Shown piece after piece: positions 27,304 through 37,872 of a DNA stretch of 64,000 nt. The stretch lies in contig CAYJPL010000006.1 in NCBI GenBank assembly GCA_964372125.1, positions 15,466 through 79,465 of the forward strand, in the 5' to 3' direction. Position 1 is the stretch's first letter. Each line of letters begins with the position of its first letter. Below the pieces are notes generated by a model. The model was not told the DNA's origin. It did no database searches and worked only from the letters and a program-made list of their open reading frames with translations. Source of the stretch: an uncultured Erysipelotrichales bacterium. GTDB taxonomy: Bacteria; Bacillota_I; Bacilli_A; Erysipelotrichales; Coprobacillaceae. The position numbers and the translations under genes are program-made.

Positions 27304-28026
27304 ATGAAAAAGACATTTTCAAACGGATACAGTAAAGCAATCACTTTTAGCTATGATGATGGAGTGCAACAAGACAAAAAATTAGTAAAGATATTTAATC
27401 GATTTGGGATAAAAGCAACATTTAACATTAATTACGGATTACTAGATGAAAAGACATTTTGGACTACTAAAAATACAAAAGTACAGCGTATAGAAAAAAA
27501 GGAATTGATAAATTTGTATAAAGGTCATGAAATCGCAAATCATGGCTTACTTCACCCGGCTATATGTGATGAAGAAGAAACCGAAAAACATCGACTTATT
27601 GTTGGGGGAAAAAGTAAACTTGAAGAATTATTGAATTATGAAGTAAAAGGAATGGCATATCCTTTTGGAAAAGTTGATGAAAGCATGATTAAGATAATGA
27701 AGTCTAATAATATCGTCTATGGACGCGTTGCTAGTGATAGCAAATGTTTTACACTACCAACAGATGTCTATCGTTGGAAGCCAACAGTACACCACAATGA
27801 TCCTGAAATCTTTGATATTATTACTAATTTTTTAGAAACAGACTTTGAAGAAATATCACTGTTGTATATATGGGGGCATAGTTATGAATTCGATGTTGAT
27901 AAAAATTGGCATCATCTTGAAAATATATGTAAACAAATAAGTAGACACAAAGATATTTGGTACTGTACAAATATCGAAATCATTGATGAACTTAAAAACA
28001 TTGAAAAACACCAAAAAAAGATGTGA
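27304..28026 (+). CDS. polysaccharide deacetylase family protein (CE4 / NodB homology)
   Basis: ITFSYDDG and the His motifs (EIANHGLLHP, GHSYEF) fit the NodB fold. No signal peptide. Confidence 0.75.
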   Translation: MKKTFSNGYSKAITFSYDDGVQQDKKLVKIFNRFGIKATFNINYGLLDEKTFWTTKNTKVQRIEKKELINLYKGHEIANHGLLHPAICDEEETEKHRLIVGGKSKLEELLNYEVKGMAYPFGKVDESMIKIMKSNNIVYGRVASDSKCFTLPTDVYRWKPTVHHNDPEIFDIITNFLETDFEEISLLYIWGHSYEFDVDKNWHHLENICKQISRHKDIWYCTNIEIIDELKNIEKHQKKM

Positions 28027-28109
28027 AAATATTCGTATTTCGCATAAAAGATAGCAGACTATAAGTAATAAAGTGAACACAATTAATTAGATATTCAATT
28101 TACACCAAA

Positions 28110-28123
28110 GGAAAACGTTTTAA
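28110..28123. promoter_or_regulatory. LacI-type operator / cre-like site
   Basis: GGAAAACGTTTTAA, upstream of glgP. Confidence 0.4.
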
Positions 28124-28155
28124 TTTTTTTTTGAAAAATGTGTGTTTTGACTTGC

Positions 28156-28169
28156 GGAAAACGTTTTCT
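28156..28169. promoter_or_regulatory. LacI-type operator / cre-like palindrome
   Basis: GGAAAACGTTTTCT, containing the perfect palindrome GAAAACGTTTTC, 35 nt upstream of the glgP ATG. Confidence 0.5.
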
Positions 28170-28203
28170 TGTGGTAGTCTACAGTTGATAGGAGATTAAT
28201 AAC

Positions 28204-30465
28204 ATGGAAAAAATATTACAAACAATTATGAATTATAGATATCAAAAAGACATTAAAGATTGTAGCGATGCAGAGTTATATTATGGATTATTGGATTATG
28301 TAAAAAAAGAGTTAGAAGGAAAAGCAAGAAATAAAAGTGATAAAAAACTTTACTATGTTTCTGCAGAGTTTTTAATTGGGAAACTATTATCAAATAATTT
28401 AATTAACTTAGGAATTTATGAAGAAGTAAATCAAGTGTTTGCGAAGTATGGTAAAACACTTGCAAATATTGAAGAAGTGGAACCAGAACCATCTCTTGGG
28501 AATGGTGGACTTGGAAGACTTGCAGCATGTTTCCTAGACTCAATTGCAACATTAGGGTTAGAAGGAGATGGAATTGGTTTAAATTATCATCTAGGATTAT
28601 TCAAACAAAAATTTGAAAATAATTTACAAAAAGAAATACCAAATGAATGGATTGAAAATGAAGGTTGGTTAGTAAAACAAAAAGAAACATTTACAGTACC
28701 ATTTAAAGACTTTTCATTAAAATCAGTATTATATGATATTGATGTAATTGGATACCAAAGTGGTGTTAATAAGTTACATCTATTTGATATTGAAGGTTTA
28801 GATGAATCATTGGTAGAAGAAGGTATTACGTTTGATCAAAAAAATATTCAAAAAAATCTTACATTATTTCTATACCCAGACGATTCGACAAGTGAAGGAC
28901 ACCTACTTCGTATTTATCAACAATATTTCATGGTAAGTAATGGAGCACAATATATTTTACAAGATGTTAAAAATCAAGGGTTAGATATTACAAAATTAGA
29001 TGAATATGTAACAATCCAAATCAATGATACACATCCTTCATTAATCATACCAGAATTAATTCGTTTATTAATGGAAGAAGGAATCCACTTACATCAAGCA
29101 ATTGAAATCGTGAGAAAAACTTGTGCATATACGAACCATACAATTTTAGCAGAAGCATTAGAAAAATGGCCAATGTCATATTTACAAGAAGTTGTACCAC
29201 ACTTAGTAACAATTATTGAAGCATTAGATTTATATGTAAGAATGAAGCATAGCGATGAAGCTGTACAAATCATTGATAAAGACAATCGTGTACACATGGC
29301 GCATATGGATATTCATTTTGGATATAGTGTAAATGGAGTTGCTGCATTACATACAGAAATCTTAAAAGATACAGAATTAAATGCTTTTTATAAAATTTAT
29401 CCAGAACGCTTTAACAACAAAACAAATGGGATTACTTTTAGAAGATGGTTGATGCACTGTAATCATGAATTAACGGCTTTCCTTGATAAAATAATTGGTG
29501 AAGGATACAAAAAAGATGCTAATGAATTAGAAAAATTATTAGCTTTCAAAAATGACCAAGCAGTTTTAACAGCGTTAGATGAAATCAAACAAGTTAAAAA
29601 GACACAACTAAAGGATTATTTAAAAGAAATTCAAGGAATTGAGATTGATGATCATTCAATCTATGATATTCAAATCAAAAGATTACATGAATACAAAAGA
29701 CAACAAATGAATGCCTTGTATATTATCTATAAATACCTAGAAATCAAAAAAGGTAATGTTCCAACAAGACCATTAACATTCATTTTCGGGGCCAAAGCAG
29801 CACCAGCATATACAATTGCAAAAGATATTATTCATTTACTATTATGTTTACAACAAATCATCGAAGCTGATGCAACTGTAGCAAAACATATAAAATTAGT
29901 AGTTATAGAAAATTATAATGTATCAAAAGCAGAAAAACTAATTCCGGCATGTGATGTGTCTGAACAAATTTCATTAGCAAGTAAAGAAGCAAGTGGTACA
30001 GGAAATATGAAGTTCATGTTAAATGGAGCCATCACTCTTGGAACTGCTGATGGAGCAAATGTTGAAATTGGAGAATTAGTAGGGTCAGAAAACATTTATA
30101 CATTTGGTAAAACAAGTGAAGAAGTAATTGAACTATATAAAACAGAAGGATATGTAGCAAAAGAATACTATACAGAAGATAAAAAAATCAAAGAGATGAT
30201 TGATTTTATTACAAGTAAAGAGGTTCTTGCAGTGGGAAATGTGGAAAACTTAGAAAGACTGCAAAATGAATTAATTAATAAAGATTGGTTTATGACATTA
30301 TTGGATGTAAAAGATTACATTAGTAAAAAAGAGGAAGTGTTTGCTGACTACGAAGATAGACAAAAATGGTTAAAAATGTCTTTAGTTAATACAGCAAAAG
30401 CTGGCTTCTTTACAAGTGATCGTACAATTGCACAATATAATAATGATGTTTGGAAATTAAAATAA
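28204..30465 (+). CDS. glgP: alpha-glucan (glycogen/maltodextrin) phosphorylase, GT35
   Basis: 753 aa; PLP-lysine motif [15 protein letters not shown] and N-terminal [16 protein letters not shown]. Confidence 0.93.
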   Translation: MEKILQTIMNYRYQKDIKDCSDAELYYGLLDYVKKELEGKARNKSDKKLYYVSAEFLIGKLLSNNLINLGIYEEVNQVFAKYGKTLANIEEVEPEPSLGNGGLGRLAACFLDSIATLGLEGDGIGLNYHLGLFKQKFENNLQKEIPNEWIENEGWLVKQKETFTVPFKDFSLKSVLYDIDVIGYQSGVNKLHLFDIEGLDESLVEEGITFDQKNIQKNLTLFLYPDDSTSEGHLLRIYQQYFMVSNGAQYILQDVKNQGLDITKLDEYVTIQINDTHPSLIIPELIRLLMEEGIHLHQAIEIVRKTCAYTNHTILAEALEKWPMSYLQEVVPHLVTIIEALDLYVRMKHSDEAVQIIDKDNRVHMAHMDIHFGYSVNGVAALHTEILKDTELNAFYKIYPERFNNKTNGITFRRWLMHCNHELTAFLDKIIGEGYKKDANELEKLLAFKNDQAVLTALDEIKQVKKTQLKDYLKEIQGIEIDDHSIYDIQIKRLHEYKRQQMNALYIIYKYLEIKKGNVPTRPLTFIFGAKAAPAYTIAKDIIHLLLCLQQIIEADATVAKHIKLVVIENYNVSKAEKLIPACDVSEQISLASKEASGTGNMKFMLNGAITLGTADGANVEIGELVGSENIYTFGKTSEEVIELYKTEGYVAKEYYTEDKKIKEMIDFITSKEVLAVGNVENLERLQNELINKDWFMTLLDVKDYISKKEEVFADYEDRQKWLKMSLVNTAKAGFFTSDRTIAQYNNDVWKLK

Positions 30466-30483
30466 GAAATAGAGGGAAAAAAA

Positions 30484-31950
30484 ATGAGACAGGTTGGTAT
30501 ACTAGCACCTATTTCATCACTACCTGGAAAGTATCACATTGGAGATTTTGGTAAATCTGCGTATCAGTTTGTTGATAAGCTAGAAAAAAATCAATTAAAA
30601 CTATGGCAAATATTACCATTGAATCCGGTTGGATATGGAAATTCTCCATATCAGCCGTATTCATCTTATGCAGGTGATGAAATATATATCGCAATCGATG
30701 AATTAATAAAATCAAATTTATTATCAAAAGAAGAAGTAACAGACAAGGCAGTATATGGTAGCACCGTAGACTATGAGGCAGCAAGAAAAATCAAATCGCG
30801 CTACCTAAAATTAGCATTTTCAAGAATTCATGCTAATGCTAGGCTCACAAAAGAAATGAACAATTTTGTTTTGAAAAATAAGTGGGTAGAAATATATGCA
30901 ACATTTATAACACTAAAAAAGGCAAATGACCTACAATGTTGGTTAGATTGGCCAAAAGCACAAAAAGCATGGATTGACAACAAAGAATATGATTTAACAA
31001 AACATCAAAATGCGATAGAATATGAAAAGTTTGTGCAATTCATATTCTATAAACAGTGGTTCAAACTTAAGGAATATGCAAATAAAAAAGATGTGCAAAT
31101 TCTTGGAGATATTCCTATTTATGTTGGAATTGATTCAGCGGATGTATGGCAAAGTAAAGAATGCTTCTTACTTGATGATAAATCACATCCAACATTCATC
31201 GCGGGTGTACCGCCTGATTACTTTAGTGAAACTGGACAAAGATGGGGAAACCCACTATATGACTGGAAGTATCTAGAAAAAAACAACTTTGATTTTTGGA
31301 TTGAACGTTTAACATGGAGTAATGAAATTTATGATATTGTACGTATTGATCATTTTAGAGCGTTTGATACATACTGGAAAATACCAGCAAGTTGTCCAAC
31401 TGCAATAGAAGGAGAATGGGTTGAAGCGCCTGGTTATGCATTATTTGACAAAATTTATGAGGTTATGCCAGATATTAAAATTGTTGCTGAAGACCTAGGT
31501 GATCTTAGACCAGAAGTATTAGAGTTAAGAGATCACTATGATTTAAGCGGTATGAAAATCATCCAGTTTGAATTAGATCCAAATGAAACCAATAATGATT
31601 TTAAAGAAAAGAAAAACACTATAGTGTATACAGGGACACACGACAACCAAACAATTGTTGGGTGGTACAATGCTCTAACAAATAATGAAAGAAGAAAAAT
31701 CAGAAAACAATTCTCAAATTATAGTGAGGGTAGAATTACAAATCGAATTATACACTCATGCATGGATAGTGTTGCTGATCTAGTTGTATTACCAGTTCAA
31801 GACATCTTAGGTCTTGATGATGTTGCTAGACTTAACACTCCTGGAACTATTGGAACTCCAAACTGGGAATGGAAGTTGGTAGATTTTGCACATTTTAATA
31901 AAAAAATGAAATATATTCATGAATTAATGATTGAAACAAAACGTGTCTAG
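30484..31950 (+). CDS. malQ: 4-alpha-glucanotransferase (amylomaltase, GH77)
   Basis: 488 aa; SPYQPYSS, IDHFRAF, EDLGD and TGTHDN motifs. Confidence 0.92.
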   Translation: MRQVGILAPISSLPGKYHIGDFGKSAYQFVDKLEKNQLKLWQILPLNPVGYGNSPYQPYSSYAGDEIYIAIDELIKSNLLSKEEVTDKAVYGSTVDYEAARKIKSRYLKLAFSRIHANARLTKEMNNFVLKNKWVEIYATFITLKKANDLQCWLDWPKAQKAWIDNKEYDLTKHQNAIEYEKFVQFIFYKQWFKLKEYANKKDVQILGDIPIYVGIDSADVWQSKECFLLDDKSHPTFIAGVPPDYFSETGQRWGNPLYDWKYLEKNNFDFWIERLTWSNEIYDIVRIDHFRAFDTYWKIPASCPTAIEGEWVEAPGYALFDKIYEVMPDIKIVAEDLGDLRPEVLELRDHYDLSGMKIIQFELDPNETNNDFKEKKNTIVYTGTHDNQTIVGWYNALTNNERRKIRKQFSNYSEGRITNRIIHSCMDSVADLVVLPVQDILGLDDVARLNTPGTIGTPNWEWKLVDFAHFNKKMKYIHELMIETKRV

Positions 31951-31961
31951 GAGGATATATT

Positions 31962-33701
31962 ATGGAATTTGCAAGTATTTATCATCGTACAAGCGATAAC
32001 TGGTGTTATCCTCTTGATAGTGATACTTTAGAAATAAAAATTAGAACAGGATATGATGTTACGGCAATCAATATCTTTTATGGTGATCCTTATGAAGGTG
32101 GAATCATGGGTGGAGATTGGACATGGAACGGCCAAAAACAAGAGATTAGTGAAGTGTGCAATCTGCAATATCATAAAATTTGGACAGTACAAATCAGCCC
32201 TAAATTTAAGAGGTTAAAGTATCATTTTGAAATTTTTGCTGATCAAGAAGTAACTTTGTTTTATGAAAATGGTTTTATGACACATGAGGAAAGTCAAATT
32301 CCAGGTAAAAAAATACAAAGTTTTATGATGCCATGGCTAAATGAAATTGATGTAAAAACGACTCCCAAATGGGCAGCAAGCACAATTTGGTATCAAATTT
32401 TTCCAGATCGCTTTGCAAGAGGGAATTTTGATATAAATAATGATATTGCACTGCCTTGGGCAAGTCGTAAGCCATCAAATGAAGATGTTTATGGTGGGGA
32501 TTTACAAGGGATTATTAACCGTTTAGATTATTTAAAGGATTTAGGGATTACAGGTATCTATTTAAATCCAATCTTTACAGCTACTTCTACACATAAGTAT
32601 GACACTGTAGATTACTTTGATATTGACCCAGGATTCGGCGATAAACAAACTTTTAAAAAACTAGTGGTAGAATGTCATAAACGTGACATTCGTGTAATGC
32701 TAGATGGTGTATTTAATCATAGCGGAAATGAATTTCCACTATGGAAAGAAGTACTAGAAAAAGGGGAAGACTCTAATTTCTATGATTGGTTCATGGTTAA
32801 CGAATGGCCAATTGATCCATACAAAGGACACACTAGGGATAAAGAGTTCTATTCTTTTGCATTTGCTGCTAATATGCCAAAATTAAATACAAACAATCCA
32901 GAGGTAATTGAATACATTGCTACAATATGTGAATATTGGATTAAAGAGTATGATATTGATGGGTGGAGATTAGATGTTGCTAATGAAATATCGCATGAAT
33001 TATGTAAAGTAATTCAAAAAAGGTGTCGTGCATTAAAACCAGATATTTATATCTTGGGAGAGATTTGGCATGATTCTATTAATTGGTTACAAGGTGATGA
33101 ATTTGATGCAGTAATGAATTATCCACTTACTAATGCAATTGATGATTTTTGGAGAAGTAAAGATGCAACTAATAAGCAACTGGAATATGCAATAAATACG
33201 TGTTATCAGCGCTACATGAGACAAACAAATGAAGTGTTATTTAACATGTTAGATTCTCATGACACGGAAAGAATGTACTATCGTGTAAACCATGATAAAG
33301 ATGTATTTTATCAACAATTCATTATGTTATTTACAATGACAGGTAGTATGAGTTTATACTATGGAACAGAAATCATCATGGATGGGGCACATGATCCATT
33401 GTGTCGTGCGTGTATGCCATGGGATAAAATTGATGCTGGAAAATACGATGAGGATATTAATAATTTTAAATGTTTGATTTCTTTACGTAAAAATAATGAT
33501 GCATTAGTGAGTCAAAATATCAAATTTGAATATAATCATGATGACAATAGAGTTATTGAATATTTAAAAGATAATCGTGTACGAGTTGTGATTAACAGCA
33601 GTGACAAGGAAATTACTTTGTCACATGAAAGTTGTTTATTTTCAAGAAAAATGAAGGATAATAAACTGCTTCCAGGTGGTGTTGCTATCACAGCAGTATA
33701 A
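31962..33701 (+). CDS. GH13 neopullulanase / cyclomaltodextrinase / maltogenic amylase type enzyme
   Basis: GH13 regions DGVFNHSG, GWRLDVANE, GEIWH and LDSHDTER, with the N-terminal domain typical of the cyclomaltodextrinase group. No signal peptide. Confidence 0.85.
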   Translation: MEFASIYHRTSDNWCYPLDSDTLEIKIRTGYDVTAINIFYGDPYEGGIMGGDWTWNGQKQEISEVCNLQYHKIWTVQISPKFKRLKYHFEIFADQEVTLFYENGFMTHEESQIPGKKIQSFMMPWLNEIDVKTTPKWAASTIWYQIFPDRFARGNFDINNDIALPWASRKPSNEDVYGGDLQGIINRLDYLKDLGITGIYLNPIFTATSTHKYDTVDYFDIDPGFGDKQTFKKLVVECHKRDIRVMLDGVFNHSGNEFPLWKEVLEKGEDSNFYDWFMVNEWPIDPYKGHTRDKEFYSFAFAANMPKLNTNNPEVIEYIATICEYWIKEYDIDGWRLDVANEISHELCKVIQKRCRALKPDIYILGEIWHDSINWLQGDEFDAVMNYPLTNAIDDFWRSKDATNKQLEYAINTCYQRYMRQTNEVLFNMLDSHDTERMYYRVNHDKDVFYQQFIMLFTMTGSMSLYYGTEIIMDGAHDPLCRACMPWDKIDAGKYDEDINNFKCLISLRKNNDALVSQNIKFEYNHDDNRVIEYLKDNRVRVVINSSDKEITLSHESCLFSRKMKDNKLLPGGVAITAV

Positions 33702-33740
33702 AAACCAGAGTTCATTAAAGAACACTGGTTTTCTTTTTTG
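33701..33740. terminator. bidirectional terminator between the convergent GH13 and AraC genes
   Basis: AAAACCAGAGTTC / GAACACTGGTTTT (one mismatch) followed by CTTTTTT. Confidence 0.6.
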
Positions 33741-34572
33741 TCTGGCGATATATTTTAGGTGTTGTCCCAACAATTATTTTAAATTGCCGATTAAAATAAC
33801 TAATGCTATTATAGCCAATTTCTAACGCAATATCCACAATAGGCATAGTCTCGGTTGCCAGTAAAATACATGCTTTTTCAATACGAAGATAATTTAGATA
33901 TTCAATAAAAGTTTTTCCGAATTGTGACTTAAAGTAACGACAAAAATAATTAGGCGACATATTAATATGCTTAGAAATGTCATCTAAAGTGATCTGTTCT
34001 GTATAATATTGATTTAGATAAGACATTAATTTCTTATTTGTAGTGAGACTGGATTTGCTAGTAGATTCAATAAATAATTTTTCTGTATACAGTATATTGA
34101 TTAATGTATACAGTTCAATCTTTGTTGCAAGTTGATATCCAATAGCGCGATTAGTATCAATATGTACTAGATTCATAATAGATTTTTTTATTTTATCAAG
34201 TATAAAATTATCGTTAACTTTATTAGGAAATAAAAGTTTTTTTGTAATTAAGGGAGTCAGTATTTGCTGCTGGCTGTAGTCCTCAATATCAAAGCTTAGA
34301 TACTCTAATGGAAATACATAAGCAACATACTCCACGCCACTATTACTAGACGTCATGTGATGCATTGTTCCAGAATTAATAAAATAAACATCACCTGCAA
34401 AAAGAGTAAGCATATGTTCATCTACAAGTAGGTCTAAAGACCCCTTGAGAATATAAATGATTTCTATCTCATCATGCCAGTGTGCACAAACAATAAATTC
34501 GTTCGCCTTACAAATAAATTTGTAATTTTCAAATGGGAATTGTAAGCTACCACGTCTTAAAATTTCTTTCAT
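33715..34572 (-). CDS. AraC-family transcriptional regulator (cupin + HTH)
   Basis: N-terminal cupin-like region (HWHDEIEIIYILKG) and a C-terminal AraC HTH (SPNYFCRYFKSQFGKTF...GYNSISYFNRQFK). My preferred start is the ATG at 34572 (MKEILRRG), 5 nt after GGAGG; the ORF track extends to 34653. Confidence 0.82.
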   Translation of the reverse strand: MKEILRRGSLQFPFENYKFICKANEFIVCAHWHDEIEIIYILKGSLDLLVDEHMLTLFAGDVYFINSGTMHHMTSSNSGVEYVAYVFPLEYLSFDIEDYSQQQILTPLITKKLLFPNKVNDNFILDKIKKSIMNLVHIDTNRAIGYQLATKIELYTLINILYTEKLFIESTSKSSLTTNKKLMSYLNQYYTEQITLDDISKHINMSPNYFCRYFKSQFGKTFIEYLNYLRIEKACILLATETMPIVDIALEIGYNSISYFNRQFKIIVGTTPKIYRQTKKKTSVL

Positions 34573-34677
34573 AAAACCTCCAAAAAGATAATATTGTACT
34601 ATAAAAAAATATTTATGTATTAGTATGTTAACACAAAACGTAATATAATACAATTAATAAAGAATAGGAGATATGTT

Positions 34678-36333
34678 ATGAAAATAAGTTGGAAGGAAAG
34701 TGCAGTATGTTATCAAGTGTATCCTAGAAGTTTTAAGGATAGTAATCATGATGGAATTGGTGATATTCCTGGAATTATTGAAAAATTAGATTATTTGAAA
34801 GATTTAGGTATTGATGTTATTTGGGTATCACCATTTTACAAGTCACCGAATGCGGATAATGGCTATGACATTAGTGACTATCAAGATATAATGGATGAGT
34901 TTGGTACAATTGAAGATTGTAAGCAATTAATTAAAGAAGTTCATAAGCGAGGAATGAAGATTATTATTGACTTAGTTATAAACCATACCTCTGATGAACA
35001 TGCATGGTTTATTGAGTCAATAAGTAGTAAAGATAGTCCAAAAAGAGATTGGTATATATGGAAAAAAGGTGACAACGGTAAAGCTCCAAATAACTGGGAG
35101 AGTATTTTTGAAGGAAGCGCATGGCAGTATGATGAAGCAAGTGATGAATATTATTTACATATATTTGATAAAAAACAACCTGATTTAAATTGGGAAAACC
35201 AAGAAGTGAGAAATGCATTATATGATATGGTGAATTGGTGGTTAGACCAAGATATTGATGGATTCCGTGTAGATGCAATATCTCATATTAAAAAGGATAT
35301 TACATTTGAAGATATGAAGAATCCAGATAACTTAGAATATGTTCCGTGTTTTGATAAAATGATGAATTATCCAGGTATTGATGAAATGCTACAAGATTTA
35401 AAGAAAAATACATTCTCTAAGCATAACATTATGACAGTTGGAGAAGCAAATGGGGTAGAACCAATGGATGCTCATTTATGGTCAAGCAAAGAAAATGGTC
35501 ATTTTGATATGATTTTCCAATTTCAACATCTAAAGCTGTGGAATGAAGAAACAAGTGAATTAGATTTAGTTGCTATGAAAAAAACATTAGATGCATGGCA
35601 ACAAGCATTAGATGGAATCGGGTGGAATGCATTATACATTGAGAATCATGATTTACCTAGAGTTATTTCAACATGGGGAAATGACAAAGAATATTGGAAA
35701 GAAAGTGCAAAAACACTTGCATTGATGTATTTCATGCAAAAAGGAACACCGTTTATTTATCAAGGACAAGAAATCGGAATGACAAATATTCATGTTAATG
35801 AAATTGAAGAATATAGGGAACAACCCACAGCAATTCGTTATTATAAAAATATTGAAAATGGAATGGATAAAAAAGATGCAATGGCTATTGCCTATGCAAC
35901 GACACGAGCAAATTCAAGAACACCAATGCAATGGGATGATGAACCATATGGTGGCTTTTCAACAGTGAGTCCTTGGATGAACACAAATGAAAATTACAAA
36001 GAAATAAATGTCGCGACACAGATTCGTGATAAGGATTCAATATATCATTTCTATAAAGAATTAATTTCTATAAGAAAAACATATACAAGCTTGATCCATG
36101 CAAAGTGTAATTTAATTCATCCAGAAGACAAAAACATTTATGCTTATACAAGAACAACTGATAAAGATACATATTTAGTCGTTTGTAACATGTCAAGTAT
36201 GGAGCAAAGTTTTGACTACGGAAAAAAACTTACAGGAAAATTTTTAATTACAACACATAGTGACATTATAGTGAATGATAATATAGTAACATTACGTCCA
36301 TACGAATCTTTTATGCTTAAGCAAGAAAGATAA
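34678..36333 (+). CDS. malL: oligo-1,6-glucosidase / alpha-glucosidase (GH13_31-like)
   Basis: DLVINHTSDEH, GFRVDAISHI, VGEANG and ENHDLPR. Confidence 0.88.
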   Translation: MKISWKESAVCYQVYPRSFKDSNHDGIGDIPGIIEKLDYLKDLGIDVIWVSPFYKSPNADNGYDISDYQDIMDEFGTIEDCKQLIKEVHKRGMKIIIDLVINHTSDEHAWFIESISSKDSPKRDWYIWKKGDNGKAPNNWESIFEGSAWQYDEASDEYYLHIFDKKQPDLNWENQEVRNALYDMVNWWLDQDIDGFRVDAISHIKKDITFEDMKNPDNLEYVPCFDKMMNYPGIDEMLQDLKKNTFSKHNIMTVGEANGVEPMDAHLWSSKENGHFDMIFQFQHLKLWNEETSELDLVAMKKTLDAWQQALDGIGWNALYIENHDLPRVISTWGNDKEYWKESAKTLALMYFMQKGTPFIYQGQEIGMTNIHVNEIEEYREQPTAIRYYKNIENGMDKKDAMAIAYATTRANSRTPMQWDDEPYGGFSTVSPWMNTNENYKEINVATQIRDKDSIYHFYKELISIRKTYTSLIHAKCNLIHPEDKNIYAYTRTTDKDTYLVVCNMSSMEQSFDYGKKLTGKFLITTHSDIIVNDNIVTLRPYESFMLKQER

Positions 36334-36517
36334 ACTATAGAATAGAAATAGGCATATATAACTCCTTTCGTTTTTGATTAAGCACTTAAATTGAAAAACG
36401 AGTTATAAACTATGTCTTTTTTTATTGTAAAGAAAAACAGGAAGACTTATTTGTCTCCCAGTAAAAGTATAGAGCTAGAGTTGTTTTCGAAGGAAACAAA
36501 TCTTTTTAGATTATTTT

Positions 36518-36532
36518 ATGAAAACGTTTGCA
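36518..36532. promoter_or_regulatory. LacI-type operator / perfect cre match overlapping the -35 of the malE-like promoter
   Basis: ATGAAAACGTTTGCA fits WTGNAANCGNWNNCW at every position. Confidence 0.55.
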
Positions 36533-36556
36533 AAAAACGTTTTCATAAGTTATAAT
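36528..36556 (+). promoter_or_regulatory. near-consensus sigma-A promoter of the maltodextrin ABC operon
   Basis: TTGCAA, exactly 17 nt, then TATAAT. Confidence 0.65.
36532..36545. promoter_or_regulatory. second LacI-type operator in the promoter spacer
   Basis: AAAAAACGTTTTCA; its centre lies 13 bp from the first site. Confidence 0.45.
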
Positions 36557-36624
36557 GAAATAGTCGGTGGAGGGAATAAGTTTACCACCAATACAAGTGA
36601 ACGCATACAGAGGAGGAAATTTAA

Positions 36625-37800
36625 ATGAAAAAAGTTGTAGCGTCAATAGCAGCACTAACATTAGTGTTAACAGGGTGTTCATCTGGAGGAGAAGAAGCAG
36701 ATGGAAAAACAGTATTACAAGTACAAGCTGAAGAAAACCAAATGGCATTCTATGAAGCAGTAGAAAAAGAATTCGAAGCTGAGCATGAAGACATCGATGT
36801 TCAATTTGTTGAAGCAGGAATGTTTGACATCGTTGATTCACTTGCAACAAAAAAAGGAAATACGACAGATGTATTCATGGTTCCAAATGATAGAATTGGT
36901 GATTTATCACAACAAAAATTAATTGCACCAATCACAGCTGATATTTCGAAATATACAGAAACAGCACAAACAGCATCAAACTTCGATGGTGAAAATTATA
37001 TGGTGCCAATGAGTACAGATACAACATTATTATTTTATAATAAAACAGTTACTACAGAAGAGCCAGCAACATTATCTGAATTAAGTGCAGAAGAGTTTGC
37101 AGCAAAATGGACTGACTTCTATGTGACAGCTGGAATGTTCTATTCAAATGGTGGATACATTTTTGGTGATAATAATACTGATACTAGCGATATAGGATTA
37201 GCAAATGAAGGTTCAGTAAAAGCTGGAGAAGCAATTCAAGCATTATATGCATCTGGTGATCCAACTTGGGTTGCATTAAAAGAAGAAACTTCAGGATATG
37301 AAGTAATGGTACAAGATTTTGTTGATGGAAACAAATCATATATTATTGATGGACCATGGAAAGTAGCTGACTTTGAAAAAGCAGGTTTAGCAGCTGAAGA
37401 TTTAGGATATATGGCTATCCCTTCATGGGATGGAACTGCTGACTATAAACCATTAGCAGGAACAAAAGGATTGGCAGTAAATGCTTATAGTTCAGAATTA
37501 GAAGAAGCACAATTATTTGTATCATTTGTTGCCACAAAAGATTGGGGAACAAAATGGCATGAAACTACTAAAGAAGTAAATCCACATACTGAAGTAGTGT
37601 ATGAAGAAGGAACACTTGCAGCGGTAGTATTAGAAGCAACTGCTAGTGCAACATCTATGCCAAACGATCCAGCAATTGGAAAAGTTTGGGAGCCAATGGC
37701 TGATGCTTTAAAACAAGGAGCAAATGGAGCAGATGTAGCAGAATCTTTAGAAGCGGCAAAAGTGGTTATTGATCAAGAAATACAAGCAATGGGTGAATAA
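36625..37800 (+). CDS. maltodextrin/maltose ABC transporter substrate-binding lipoprotein
   Basis: Lipobox LTGCSS. Overall MalE/MdxE-like composition and position upstream of the permeases. Confidence 0.85.
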   Translation: MKKVVASIAALTLVLTGCSSGGEEADGKTVLQVQAEENQMAFYEAVEKEFEAEHEDIDVQFVEAGMFDIVDSLATKKGNTTDVFMVPNDRIGDLSQQKLIAPITADISKYTETAQTASNFDGENYMVPMSTDTTLLFYNKTVTTEEPATLSELSAEEFAAKWTDFYVTAGMFYSNGGYIFGDNNTDTSDIGLANEGSVKAGEAIQALYASGDPTWVALKEETSGYEVMVQDFVDGNKSYIIDGPWKVADFEKAGLAAEDLGYMAIPSWDGTADYKPLAGTKGLAVNAYSSELEEAQLFVSFVATKDWGTKWHETTKEVNPHTEVVYEEGTLAAVVLEATASATSMPNDPAIGKVWEPMADALKQGANGADVAESLEAAKVVIDQEIQAMGE

Positions 37801-37872
37801 CTAGATTATAAATAGGTACATTAGTCACTAAAAAGCTAGTGTACCTTGCTTTTTTTGAAAGGAGAAGTAGGA

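Noticed and set aside
28124-28132. A T9 homopolymer between the two operators upstream of glgP, considered as a phase-variation tract.
   Set aside because: It lies in an AT-rich promoter where such runs are common. I could not define the glgP -35/-10 confidently enough to argue that tract length sets promoter spacing.
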